This document shows positions 30,801-41,322 of a stretch of 64,000 nucleotides of DNA, one piece after another. Within the stretch, counting starts at the first letter, position 1. Every line of letters begins with the position of its first letter. Below the pieces are notes generated by a model. The model saw nothing but the letters and a program-made list of their open reading frames with translations. It searched no databases and was not told the origin of the DNA. The position numbers were made by a program, and so were the translations under genes. The stretch lies in the IMG/VR virus record IMGVR_UViG_3300032038_000045, positions 25,174-89,173 of that record; one strand, given 5' to 3'. Source of the stretch: a virus (lineage: Duplodnaviria; Caudoviricetes).

Positions 30801-33800
30801 GAACTTTGGGGAGAACTTCAACAATTTGCTACTAACCTAAATAATGTTTTTGAAAAAGATGATGAAGGTATTTGGAGAGTTAAAGAAAATTTAGATGGAT
30901 TATTCGATAACTTCCATTATAAAGATGGAAAGATTATTGATAATGGAACTCTCGCTGGTGATGTATTTAAATTCTTCAAATTATTTGATGTAGGAACAAA
31001 TGTTAACTCCAGAATGCAAAGTCTTCTTGGTAATTTGATATTAGAAGATAGAAATGGAGCATATCTTAATCCTGAATTAATAGGTAATTTAATATATGAA
31101 ACTTATGCTAACGGTCAACAAGTTTTAACTGTTGGAGATGATTTCCAAAGTGGAATGGATGAATCTATATCTAATGAAATAGATTCTATTGTTGAAGATT
31201 GGCTTGATTCATATGTTACTTATTGCAGAAATAGTGCTGAAGAATTTGATACTATTTTAAATTCTGAATTCAACCATGTTGATATAGTAGATTGGGGATT
31301 AAATACTGCCTTAGCTTATATGACTATGGATGGTATTTTTGAAGGTTCTTCTAAATACTATAAAGATGCTAAAACATTCCTTAAACGAGCTAAGGAAACT
31401 CAAATGGGTGGAACACCTTATGTTGGTGCAGATTTTACTCAATACGAAGATAAAATTGTTGATATTGTAGATGATGCTGGCAAACCTCAAGAAATAAAAA
31501 TTGGCAATCTTACTTTAACTCCTCAAACTGGTTTTAGAGCTGTAACAATTAAGAATAGTAAAACTAAATATACTGATGCTCAATATATTTATGATGAAAC
31601 TTTCAAATCTATTTCTAAAACTATTTCTGATGAAGAATTGGCTTCTAAATTAGCAAGAGATATTGCTCTTCCTTTTGGCGATATTAAAATTGGAAATACA
31701 GTTTTTAAAGGCAAAAGTACTAAAGCTAATGATGCTCAATCTTATATAACTATTGAAGAATTTATTCGCAGAAGATGGGCGGATGGTACTCTTAATGAAT
31801 ATAAGCCTTTACTTGAACAACTTTTAGACCCCAATATTCCTGCTGATAAAATAGATTTATCTAAAGTTTCTACTCGTATACAAGCTCAAAAGAATGTTTA
31901 CTATGATTTAAAATACGATGAAGATACTGGTCAACATCGTCCTCGTCAAATTAAGAATGCTGAATTTGTTTTAATACCTAAATTACTTGATAAAGACTCT
32001 TCATTATATCAACTTTATGATATTATGAAAAGAAATAATATAGGTCAAGTTAATACTCTTGAAACAAGTAAAGCTTCTAATAAAAATGTTCTTACATTTT
32101 GGGATGATAAAGGAAAAGCTAATCCTCTGGCATTTGAATCTTCCCTTACGGGGAAAAGAATAGTAAACGGTAAACTTGTCGGTAGGTCCACTTATACTAA
32201 TGTTGAAGATTTCTACTATAAAAATCTTTATAAACAATTAGATGTTGTAGACCATATTGAGGACAAGGAAAATAAAGCTGGTATACAGTTATTTAAAAAG
32301 ATTCAAGATAATGCTACTGATGAAACAAGACCTTTTGTAAATAATATTCAAAATGGTTTTGCCGCTAATATTAGAGATTCCTATAATAAATTAATTGATA
32401 GATTAGGTTGGAAAGTTCAGAATGGACAATTAGTTAATAAAGATGGTAGTACTACTCTAAATTATAATGAAATTTATAACTTATGGAGAGAAGAACTTAG
32501 TAGAAGCGGTATAGATGAAAATATGGAAGATTATCTTACTCCTGGCATAGATGGACTTCCTATTATGCCTGAGTGGATGTCTATATTTTCTACCAAACTT
32601 GAAAATATTGCTCAATCTGTTTTTAACTCCAATATTACTCGTCAAACTCTTCCTGGTTATCATGGTATTCAAGTTACTAACATTGGTTGGTCTACTGAAC
32701 TCCATTATCACCCCGTAGAGGGAGATAGACATCTTCCTGTTGTTGAAATAATGGTTCCTGCTTATTCTAAATCTATTAAGCAACTTATTGCTAAATATGG
32801 TAAAGAAGAAGCATTAAAGAAACTTCAAGAAAAAGGTCTTGATGAACATATTGGATATCGTATTCCAACTGAAGGAAAACAATCTATTGCTATCTTTAAA
32901 ATAAAAGGTTTCTTAGATGAAACTTATGGTTCAAGTATAATTGTTGCTAACGAATGGGTTACTCAAACTGGTTCTGACTTCGATATTGACTCCATTTATG
33001 CGTTAGTTAACGAAATTGATTTTGATGGAACTAATATCAATAAAGTTGAGTATAACATTGATGACAATATTCATGCTGAAAAGCAAAGATATATAGATAA
33101 TGTTAAAGAATTATTAAGTTCTCGTAAAGAAGACCTTACTAAATATAATACTTTTGAAGATTATGTAAATGCTGGTAAAAGATTTGGATTTACTTATGAT
33201 AATTTTAAGAAACTTACTCCAATAGAACAACTTACTCGTAGACAAAGAAATAATTTCATTACAGACAATGTAATGAATATTATGAGTAATCCAAGTTCTT
33301 TTGAAGAAACATTTGGTCGTTCTAATTTCGAGTCTATAACTGATGCTAAAAATGAAGTAGAAGCTATTACTAATAGAAGTTTAAATAATGCTTCTGTATA
33401 CAATCCTTTTGACCAAATTAGATTTATGCAGAATGCTATTGATGGTAGAAAACTTAAAGCATTTAGTGTTAATAGAGATACTTTTACTTCAATATGTAAT
33501 AAACTTCAAGTTTCTCTTTCTGAAAGAAATGGTATAAGAGTTATATATAATAACAAGAATGAAGATTTAATTAAATCAGCTTATGATATAGAGAGAAGTG
33601 ACGATGGTAAAATTGTTGTTAATCATACTAATTTTGGTTGGTCTAAAAACAATCGAAATGTTGATGGTCGATTAATAACTTCTTATTCTTCTCAGACTAC
33701 TGCTCATATTCTTGATGCTATTAAAGAAGGTTCTTTGTTTAATGAAACTGAATATACATTCGGTACATTTAAAACTCTCATCGACTTAGGTATAGATTAT

Positions 33801-36800
33801 AAAACAGCTATTACTTGGTTATATCAACCTGCTATTACTCGTATCAATGATATAAATTCTTCGTCTAATAGTATATATCTTAATGGTAAGACGAAAAATA
33901 AATTTGATGCAAGTTTAGTTGCTCAAAAGAGAATAGCTCAAGAACTTGGTTTAATAGAAAACGATTATACTTCTATAAAAGATTTATATGCTAAACTTGA
34001 AAAAGATACTGATTATATAGAAATATTAACTGAAGTTTTTGATGGTAAAGGTGGCAAACTTGCTATAAATCCTGAAGCTATTGAACGAAGACTTAAAGGT
34101 CAAGATGTTAATGGAAAAACTGTTACTGCTGAACAATTAGAAAGAAGAAATCTTATCTTTGATTTAATTTCTGCGAGACAATTTTATACATTTAAGAGTT
34201 TGGCTGATAAAGTAGAGAATATTTCTCGAGTTCTTCGTCCTGATGCTTTTGGTGCTAAACAAATTATTAGAGATAATAAAAATATTATATCTAAAGTAGA
34301 ACAATATCGAGATAAATTAGGATATATTCTTACTACTCCTGATGGAAGAAATATAATAAATGCTATATATTCTGATAATAGTGAATATAAATATTTGAAT
34401 GCTTTTTATAATTATTCTACTAAGTTATCTGTAGAAATAAATACTAATTTATTTAGAACTGAACAAGTTGATTTCCAAAATATAATTGAGGATATTGAAA
34501 CTAAAATTGGTTCTGACCTTAATGACGAGAATTATTTAGCTGCTAAAAAGTATGTAATAGGTAGCTTATATCGTTCTGTTCCAGCTTTAATTAATCCTGT
34601 TACTATTAACAATTCTGGATTTGTTGTTATAGATAAAGATGCTGTTACTTCTCCATTTTATTGGGAAAATGAAATTGGTAGGATTTATGGTTTTATTGAA
34701 ACTGAAGTTAATAATCCAGATATAGATATAAATGATTTTAGTAAAGAAAATTTAGATAAATTTAATAAACTTACTCCTGCACAAAAGATATTGTTTATTA
34801 AATCTCATTTCGAAGATGGTAGTTTCTTTGACAAAATATCTGTTGTAAAATCATTTAAAAATGAAATTACAAATAAGAAATATTCTTATAATAGAATTTT
34901 CTTAAATGATATGTCTTATGATATTAACGCTCTTAGAAATGAATTTAAACAAATTTTCTTTAATAAAAATCCTTATATAAAATCTGCTGCTGTAGATTTA
35001 GTTAAGTATGCTTTTATTGTTGAAGGATATGACTTTAGAAAACAAACTATAAGTAAAGCTATTCCTAATGAAGTTATTTATGCTAAGATTAATGAAGGAG
35101 GTCTTAATATATTAGACTTTGTTAAAGAAGAATTTAATACATTGGAAATTCCTTCTTATGGAAAGAATGGTATTACTGATAATTTCATTAGAAGTCATAG
35201 TGATATTCTTAATCCTATTAAGATTTGGAAATCTAATAAGTTTAGGCAAAATCCTGTTCATGATGATTTAGTTAATCATTATTATGATAAAACTAATCAC
35301 ATGATTACTATACCTAAAAATAATGCTGCTACTAATGTCTTAAATGCTTTAAAGCTTAATGATAGAGAAAATAATTATATAAAATTAACCTTCTCCCCTA
35401 ATGGTAAAGAAGTAACTTATTTGTATAGAATTTTTAATCCAAGAAGTTCTGATAATATTTATCTTGTTCCTATAAATACTCTTGAAGAATTTGAAAATAG
35501 TGATTTCTCTATTAATAATGCTAATAATGAACACAATAGTTATGAATATTATTTAAATATTATAAGAAAAGAATTACTTGATAAAGATAGTTTTGATTTA
35601 AGCGAAGAAGAACAAAAAGATATTCAAGAAGATGCTAATCTGTTTGAAGTTGATGAAACAAAAATATTAGATGAAATACCTAAATATAAGTTTGTAAATC
35701 AATTTGATGAAAATAAACTTATAAATAAATCTCGTACTGGTACTGAGACTGAGATTGCTGTTCTTAATAAATTCTTTAATGATATAGAAGAAAATGTAAG
35801 TGAACTTCCTGATAATATTTCTAAACGAATTATTAAGAATAGTTCTCCTTTATTAAATCAACTTCTTGAACTTAATCAATCTACTTCAACTTCAAGATTT
35901 AAAGTTCCTTTCCAAGATACTTATATAACTATTGAAATAAAGAGAGAAAATCCCATTAATTATGCTAATTATCAAGAAGGTAATATTAAGAAATTAAAAG
36001 TTACCGAAGATATTAAATATTATTCTGAAAAACTTGGTAAAATAAATAAATTTGATAATCTATTTTCTTTCTCTATTGTTTCTGAAAAAACAGTTGACGG
36101 TAGTTTAATTGAATACGATAATAGAGATAGTAGATATGATGATATAGATGATGTATTTGCTGAAGAAACAGTTGTTGGTTCGAGAAATTCTTCTGACAAT
36201 ATAGCTGCTTTAATTGCTAAAGATTTAAAATTTAACGCAAGACTTGGACAAGAAGATGCTATTGATGCTATAGCTGATATTTCATTAAATGGTACTAATA
36301 TTCATCTTCAGTCTTCTCTTGATGAAAACTTTAAATCTGTTTATAATATAGCTAATAAATATTATAAGAAAGTTTCTAACGATTTACTTACTGAATTTTC
36401 ATCTTTTACTCTTGAAAATGGTAATACTTATGCTATAGATAATAGTAAGCTTTATCAAGAAGCTACAGCTAAAGATTTTGCTAATCTGCTCAATCTTCTT
36501 TTACGGGCTAAACACTTTATTGAATCTATAGAAGAGTTTGATATACTTAATATTACTGGTGAAGATGAAGATACAAGAAAAGAAATTGAATTACTTAAAT
36601 CTTTAAGAAATAATATACTTAATGATAGAAGACTTAAAATTGCTTTTAATAAAACATTTAACATTTATCTTGCTAAAGAATCTGGTAATCCTCTAACTAA
36701 AGTTGCTTATAAAGATGCTTATGGCAACGAGCATAGAATGATTAACATCACAGATGTATTTGGTGATACTTCATTTGTTAGAGCTCAAATAGCTGATATA

Positions 36801-39800
36801 GCTCATATTCCTAATAAGCAAATTCAGATTGTAGCAAAGATTATAAGTGAAGAACTTAATGCTTCTGAATATAGAGGTAGAGATAAAGTAGCAAATTATG
36901 ATAAATGGATAAGTGATAATATTGGTTCCAATCCTAATGAAGTTTTCAATAAAATAGTTGATGAAAATGGTAAATTGATTCAACCTTTTACTGATGCTTA
37001 TATTGATGATTTCAATAGGCAACGAATTGAACTTCAACAAATAGAAGATACTGAAGGTAGATTTAGTGCCAATTATTTCTTAAAGAAACTTGAGTTTGAT
37101 AAGTGGAAACTCAGAAATAGTCAGCAAAGAATACTTGATGATTATTATGATAGACATATTAGAATTAGAGAGACTGGATATAGAGAATGTGGAGAAGATT
37201 TATTAGAATATTTAAAACTTCAACATAGACTTTATACTGAGTTTGATGATGATATGCTTTCTGAATCTGAAGTTGCTGAAAAAGTTGCTATAATTGAAAG
37301 ACTCCGTGAATTAAGGGAAGATGATGGTATTAAAAATTATGCTTCTTCAATTAAAGCTTTAAATGAAGAATATTTTGAATTTGAAGAGAGTGAAGAATTT
37401 AAAGTTAAACTTGCTAAATATCAAAAAATTGTAGAAGATTATAATAAAGCTCATAAATATGAACCTCTTTCTTCTAAACTTGAAAATGCTGATTACAATG
37501 TAGCCTATAATTGGATTAAAGAAAATACTTTTTATACATTAAATGCAGAAGCTTATAATGCTCTCTCTAATGCTTATGGTATTCTTAAATTAGGTAATTT
37601 TGAGAGAAGAACTAATCCTCTTGTTAAGAAGATTTACGATACTCATAAAGCTAATAATACTCTTTATGACATTTATCGTAGAGTAATAGGAACTAATTTT
37701 ACTGATGCTGAAATTAAAGAAATTAGAGATTTCGAGGCAAGTCGTTATTCCCCCGTAGAAGGAAATAGCATGAATCCTCATTCTGATTCTTCTTTAATTA
37801 AAAATGTTCCTCAACAAAGAGTTCTTAGTAATGAATTTTGGATTAATCAATATGTTTCTCAAGAAGAGAAAACACCTGAAGTTATAGAAGAAAAGAAGAA
37901 AGCTTATACTACTATTAATACTATTATTGCTAAAGGTATAAATAAAGATACCGGATTGATTGAAGTTAGAAGACTATTTGATAATTGTACTCAGGATGAA
38001 TTAGACGAACTAATTGATGCTTATAGAACTCTTAAACTTCTTTCTAATAATCGTACTCGAAAGAAGACTAAGAAAGGTAAAAATATATTTGAATTTAAGT
38101 ATAATGAAGCTGATTTTGCTAAACAATATGCTATTTATAATTCTTTAAATAGAAATGAAAAGTATCTATTTGAACAAATATTCTGTGAAACTGATATTCA
38201 TGGTGAAGTTCAAGAAACTGAAGAAGGATTACTTAAACCTAATGGATTTATATATGGTTATGTAGAACTTACTGATGAAGCTATAGCTGAACATCCTGAA
38301 TATATTGATGAAAGGAAAGAAAAAGCTATTAAATTGCTCAATGAAAATGAAGAATTTGTTCCTACTGAATATTATTATCAAAAAGTAGATGAAGTAACTA
38401 AAGAAGCTCAACGTCTTTATGATGAAGCTATAGCTTCTGGAAAGTCTACTAAAGAAGCTGAAATAATTAAAAATAATTATTTCCAAACTTGGTACAATAA
38501 TAATCATATTTGGAATAAATATACTAACAAATATCAACCTATTAGTATTTGGACTACTCGTCATATTAAAGAAGATGGTAGTTTATCTGGACAATATAGT
38601 TTTGTCCCCGTAGGAGATAATATAGATAGGAAGATAAAAGAAGATAAACTTAATACTAATTTCTCTAAGAGTGGTAATAATTATAAATTAACAGGTGATT
38701 ATAATAATCCTAAATATTCTTCTATTTTAGGTAATACTGAAAGTAAAGAATATAAACTTTATACTTATCTTGAGAATTTGTTTAATGAAATAGTTACCAA
38801 TTCTACTGAACAAAGGTTTATAAATGAAGGCTGGATGCCTCGTCAATATAAACTTGACCCTGATGCTTCTTGGTATGGTAAACAAGTTCTTGGTGCTTTT
38901 GGTTTTAATTTCAGAAATTATAAGAACAAAAGATGGGATGAATTAGTTGATTATTATCATCAACCTTCTATGCATAATCCTATGCTTGAATTACTTAAAG
39001 CTAAAGGTTATGAGCAAATGGAAGAAATTCCTGAAAAATCTTTTGGTCAATCTGATGAAGATTATAATAATATAGTTAATGAAATTAGACAAAGAAATGC
39101 TGAAAGAGAAAAGAAGAACTTAGAACTTGAAAGAAATGTTCGTGATAGTAATTGGAATGATGTTATTAGACAATTCATTTATACTCAAGAACAATATAAT
39201 GCTAAGAGTAATCTTAAAAATCTTGCTTATTTAACTATAGATGATTTAGTTGAAAGAAAAGCTTATAAGATTAATAATTGGGATAGAATTTCCAAAGATA
39301 GAAGAGGTACTGAAAATGTTAACTTCCTTACTGAAGAACAAAAGAATACTTTAGGTATATTTAGTAACTGGGTTAGAAGAGTTCTTTATGGTCAATATAA
39401 ACGAATTGGACCTCTCAATAAAGTTGCTGATACTTTACAAAATATGGCATCTGCTAAATATATGATGTTTAACTTGTATGCTGGTATCAACAATGTTACT
39501 GTAGGTGCAGTTAATATTCTTGGTGAAAGATTTGCAAGAGAATACTTTGGTAATAAAGAGTGGCTTGCTGCTAATAAAGAGTATGTTTCCAATATGCTTA
39601 CATTTATTAAAGATACTTTCTCTGAGAATGGTAGTAATAGAACTTCTTCTATTCTTAAACGATTTGATGCTGTTGAAATTGATAGAATGTTAGACTTTAC
39701 TGGTGGTGATTTTAGTCTTTCTAAGATAAGTGAACATTTTAATACTATTGCTTATTCTTTGCAAAGTGGTGGTGAACATTATATGCAAAATACTGCTCTT

Positions 39801-41081
39801 ATTGCTATGCTTAAATCTCATAGAGTTGTAACTGATCCTCATACGGGCAAGAAAACTATTATGAGTTTTGGAGAATATACTTCTAATCTTGAGATTGCTG
39901 CTCTTAAACGAGTAATTAGTAATAACGAATATCTTACTGCTAAACTCAACGAACAAATAAGAAAAGCTAATCAAGATAAACAATTAGAGTATGAATATGA
40001 TAAACTTAAGCGTAATGTAGTTACTGATTTCTTCTTATCTCTTGAAGAAAATGAAGAAAAGAAACGTATTCGCAAAGAATATCTTGCTCTTAGAAAGGAA
40101 ATGAACATTGATGATAAAGCTGCTTTTGAAGCTAATCCTGATGTATGGAGTCAATTTGATAACAATGGTAGATTTAAAGAAGATTCCGGATTAGATGATA
40201 GTCATTTTGGTATGCTCAAAAATAGGATTATAAGAATTAATCATAAGATTCATGGTGTATATGATAAAAACGGTGCTGCTCAAATTGAGAAACATTGGTG
40301 GGGTAGTCTTGCTATGCAATTTAAAAAGCATATCTATCCCGGTCTTCTTAAAAGATGGGCTACTCGTGGTTATTATAACGAATCTCGTGGAACGTTTGAA
40401 AAAGGTTCTTATATTTCTGTTATTGATTTCCTTGGAATGGAATTTAAAAACTTCAAGGATAAACAAAATGCTCATTCTGTTGATGGAACAAATACAGCTT
40501 TATCTGCAATTCAAACTGTGTTTGAATGTATAATTGATACTATTCATAACTTTAAGTATAATTATGATGTTCTCCCTGCTTATGAACAAGCAAATATTCG
40601 TAGAGCTTTAGCTGACCTTTGTGGTATATGTGCTTCTCTTCTTACTGTGTTTGCAGTTTATGCTCTCAGCGACGATGATGATAGAAAAGATTCTACTCTT
40701 CTTAATTCTACTCTCTATCTTGCAGATAGACTTTATGGTGAATCTCGAATGTTCCTTCCTCAAGGTATGATTCCTGAAATTAAAACTCAATGGAGTCAAC
40801 CTATTGCAGGTAAGGGTGTTATAGAAGATTTACTTAGTGCTATGGGAGATATTACTCAATGGCTTATGGACCCTGATTATGACCCTATTTATAGGAGCGG
40901 TACTTATAAAGGTAAGAATAAAGTTGTAGTTAAGATTAAAAAGAATATTCCTCTTGTTCGTACTATTCAAAGAATACAAACGATTAATCAATCTAATAAT
41001 TATTATAGAATTGGAGATAATGGACTTGCTCAAAAATTAGTTAAGAATTTTGCTTTAGAAATAACTGGTCAAAAAGATTAA
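27864..41081 (+). CDS. virion-packaged RNA polymerase catalytic polyprotein
   Basis: 4405 aa; GYRIPTEG and QTGSDFDIDS (DxDxD at 32976-32990). Confidence 0.9.
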   Translation: MACNIWGIRIKDDQNDRIAKFIAGTFISRNDRLAVAKAYNDGRIYKYAYRKHIVSTKEEFDKMNGNSFKKLLRDYANENIPSILRSAALTQNDTRGGWTSSIAKEHAVRYTDDILKTIYFNNLVTNQDVTKSKLLNSVRNTIIKKYLRRVSIWFNNENANGRFTEEYKKYKELWDEYRKNKNSKNLGDLFTYIQNTIKNSGTEYITMINYSELAQHVFSVGVAKEWFATCLQHPSIKELARKFETTKLEKLDAGDIASNDEQDSSVDGTDEDTHDRDEMAASWDNSILGDYAKNYNGRLKLYLSTLAQRTAPIIGNSDANYLTDDELGVVQYMDVNYVQTQIQALGPFAGVEDFINKLEKKALSISSLYGVGKLVNDMRKDAVFANFVYTQFAKPILNAVSVQVTSDNANVALSNDEAFAATKVIYTLQADANQIGRGEFRDDDIASLNKALENVQKLNNSTLLQYDGEIRNKVKDTVVDYISRHFPSLNRENIINWFFDNPNTANVAQLRNLVEALINYNSGLKKALNNENEYRAKYYKARREYNEYIKGKSENEIFRDRPEWNEESINKKARNSAINALSKILLEASDASIRLNSFNAEGKMRSNVGKSSYITDFAKQLKLQFENGKDGREVIKDFFTKKKYDITDVETNMFLFGLKDRNGNIIQHGLIRKDKAGNYVIDEDSSLYKQFDIALFDGIKNTQSKDGVVYSNMSKEDYLLSSLLTFDAKIRFDGLDDSAIVNSGNYLMRIPSDASNTYMIQMPRIPLNDLYSYENEELVRDRQNEIKNRVQEYFPNHLDQSENVPESILPYWRNVVNSTTNDNNSFNKENSLNNHKDILLNLFITGKIDKLNFSNLNKRFDSKTKQVYIPLTYFDESSKFMILVKGDTNENNNVATNLEIVAIRSIDKYIPDEDNGLGQSFTLSLLSDDTSYTQTKSVRNQVFSFIDNSSIAIRDYLYERGEIKRSFNKNSKIFLSYRNELWGELQQFATNLNNVFEKDDEGIWRVKENLDGLFDNFHYKDGKIIDNGTLAGDVFKFFKLFDVGTNVNSRMQSLLGNLILEDRNGAYLNPELIGNLIYETYANGQQVLTVGDDFQSGMDESISNEIDSIVEDWLDSYVTYCRNSAEEFDTILNSEFNHVDIVDWGLNTALAYMTMDGIFEGSSKYYKDAKTFLKRAKETQMGGTPYVGADFTQYEDKIVDIVDDAGKPQEIKIGNLTLTPQTGFRAVTIKNSKTKYTDAQYIYDETFKSISKTISDEELASKLARDIALPFGDIKIGNTVFKGKSTKANDAQSYITIEEFIRRRWADGTLNEYKPLLEQLLDPNIPADKIDLSKVSTRIQAQKNVYYDLKYDEDTGQHRPRQIKNAEFVLIPKLLDKDSSLYQLYDIMKRNNIGQVNTLETSKASNKNVLTFWDDKGKANPLAFESSLTGKRIVNGKLVGRSTYTNVEDFYYKNLYKQLDVVDHIEDKENKAGIQLFKKIQDNATDETRPFVNNIQNGFAANIRDSYNKLIDRLGWKVQNGQLVNKDGSTTLNYNEIYNLWREELSRSGIDENMEDYLTPGIDGLPIMPEWMSIFSTKLENIAQSVFNSNITRQTLPGYHGIQVTNIGWSTELHYHPVEGDRHLPVVEIMVPAYSKSIKQLIAKYGKEEALKKLQEKGLDEHIGYRIPTEGKQSIAIFKIKGFLDETYGSSIIVANEWVTQTGSDFDIDSIYALVNEIDFDGTNINKVEYNIDDNIHAEKQRYIDNVKELLSSRKEDLTKYNTFEDYVNAGKRFGFTYDNFKKLTPIEQLTRRQRNNFITDNVMNIMSNPSSFEETFGRSNFESITDAKNEVEAITNRSLNNASVYNPFDQIRFMQNAIDGRKLKAFSVNRDTFTSICNKLQVSLSERNGIRVIYNNKNEDLIKSAYDIERSDDGKIVVNHTNFGWSKNNRNVDGRLITSYSSQTTAHILDAIKEGSLFNETEYTFGTFKTLIDLGIDYKTAITWLYQPAITRINDINSSSNSIYLNGKTKNKFDASLVAQKRIAQELGLIENDYTSIKDLYAKLEKDTDYIEILTEVFDGKGGKLAINPEAIERRLKGQDVNGKTVTAEQLERRNLIFDLISARQFYTFKSLADKVENISRVLRPDAFGAKQIIRDNKNIISKVEQYRDKLGYILTTPDGRNIINAIYSDNSEYKYLNAFYNYSTKLSVEINTNLFRTEQVDFQNIIEDIETKIGSDLNDENYLAAKKYVIGSLYRSVPALINPVTINNSGFVVIDKDAVTSPFYWENEIGRIYGFIETEVNNPDIDINDFSKENLDKFNKLTPAQKILFIKSHFEDGSFFDKISVVKSFKNEITNKKYSYNRIFLNDMSYDINALRNEFKQIFFNKNPYIKSAAVDLVKYAFIVEGYDFRKQTISKAIPNEVIYAKINEGGLNILDFVKEEFNTLEIPSYGKNGITDNFIRSHSDILNPIKIWKSNKFRQNPVHDDLVNHYYDKTNHMITIPKNNAATNVLNALKLNDRENNYIKLTFSPNGKEVTYLYRIFNPRSSDNIYLVPINTLEEFENSDFSINNANNEHNSYEYYLNIIRKELLDKDSFDLSEEEQKDIQEDANLFEVDETKILDEIPKYKFVNQFDENKLINKSRTGTETEIAVLNKFFNDIEENVSELPDNISKRIIKNSSPLLNQLLELNQSTSTSRFKVPFQDTYITIEIKRENPINYANYQEGNIKKLKVTEDIKYYSEKLGKINKFDNLFSFSIVSEKTVDGSLIEYDNRDSRYDDIDDVFAEETVVGSRNSSDNIAALIAKDLKFNARLGQEDAIDAIADISLNGTNIHLQSSLDENFKSVYNIANKYYKKVSNDLLTEFSSFTLENGNTYAIDNSKLYQEATAKDFANLLNLLLRAKHFIESIEEFDILNITGEDEDTRKEIELLKSLRNNILNDRRLKIAFNKTFNIYLAKESGNPLTKVAYKDAYGNEHRMINITDVFGDTSFVRAQIADIAHIPNKQIQIVAKIISEELNASEYRGRDKVANYDKWISDNIGSNPNEVFNKIVDENGKLIQPFTDAYIDDFNRQRIELQQIEDTEGRFSANYFLKKLEFDKWKLRNSQQRILDDYYDRHIRIRETGYRECGEDLLEYLKLQHRLYTEFDDDMLSESEVAEKVAIIERLRELREDDGIKNYASSIKALNEEYFEFEESEEFKVKLAKYQKIVEDYNKAHKYEPLSSKLENADYNVAYNWIKENTFYTLNAEAYNALSNAYGILKLGNFERRTNPLVKKIYDTHKANNTLYDIYRRVIGTNFTDAEIKEIRDFEASRYSPVEGNSMNPHSDSSLIKNVPQQRVLSNEFWINQYVSQEEKTPEVIEEKKKAYTTINTIIAKGINKDTGLIEVRRLFDNCTQDELDELIDAYRTLKLLSNNRTRKKTKKGKNIFEFKYNEADFAKQYAIYNSLNRNEKYLFEQIFCETDIHGEVQETEEGLLKPNGFIYGYVELTDEAIAEHPEYIDERKEKAIKLLNENEEFVPTEYYYQKVDEVTKEAQRLYDEAIASGKSTKEAEIIKNNYFQTWYNNNHIWNKYTNKYQPISIWTTRHIKEDGSLSGQYSFVPVGDNIDRKIKEDKLNTNFSKSGNNYKLTGDYNNPKYSSILGNTESKEYKLYTYLENLFNEIVTNSTEQRFINEGWMPRQYKLDPDASWYGKQVLGAFGFNFRNYKNKRWDELVDYYHQPSMHNPMLELLKAKGYEQMEEIPEKSFGQSDEDYNNIVNEIRQRNAEREKKNLELERNVRDSNWNDVIRQFIYTQEQYNAKSNLKNLAYLTIDDLVERKAYKINNWDRISKDRRGTENVNFLTEEQKNTLGIFSNWVRRVLYGQYKRIGPLNKVADTLQNMASAKYMMFNLYAGINNVTVGAVNILGERFAREYFGNKEWLAANKEYVSNMLTFIKDTFSENGSNRTSSILKRFDAVEIDRMLDFTGGDFSLSKISEHFNTIAYSLQSGGEHYMQNTALIAMLKSHRVVTDPHTGKKTIMSFGEYTSNLEIAALKRVISNNEYLTAKLNEQIRKANQDKQLEYEYDKLKRNVVTDFFLSLEENEEKKRIRKEYLALRKEMNIDDKAAFEANPDVWSQFDNNGRFKEDSGLDDSHFGMLKNRIIRINHKIHGVYDKNGAAQIEKHWWGSLAMQFKKHIYPGLLKRWATRGYYNESRGTFEKGSYISVIDFLGMEFKNFKDKQNAHSVDGTNTALSAIQTVFECIIDTIHNFKYNYDVLPAYEQANIRRALADLCGICASLLTVFAVYALSDDDDRKDSTLLNSTLYLADRLYGESRMFLPQGMIPEIKTQWSQPIAGKGVIEDLLSAMGDITQWLMDPDYDPIYRSGTYKGKNKVVVKIKKNIPLVRTIQRIQTINQSNNYYRIGDNGLAQKLVKNFALEITGQKD

Positions 41082-41106
41082 CTTGTAATAGTTACTCTTA
41101 TTGATG

Positions 41107-41157
41107 AAAAAAAAGGCGTACTACCGGAATGTTCCGAATAGTACGCCTTTGTTGTTT
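41107..41157. terminator. bidirectional intrinsic terminator at the convergence point
   Basis: AAAGGCGTACTA (41112-41123) / TAGTACGCCTTT (41139-41150); A-run before and T-rich run after. Confidence 0.85.
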
Positions 41158-41170
41158 ATTGAAATTGATT

Positions 41171-41294
41171 CTTTGCTATCCCTTTTAGCTTGTAATCAAT
41201 TCAAATTGCTTAGATGAACAACTTATCATCTTTTTATCAAAACTTCGTCAGAGAGCCTAATTTTGAGTCAAAATTGAAAAATATTAGCAAATTT
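41171..41294 (+). repeat. ~120-bp intergenic element, copy A
   Basis: 81/122 ungapped identity to copy B by hand alignment. Confidence 0.85.
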
Positions 41295-41322
41295 ACACTC
41301 AAACAACTTTATTGCTAATATC

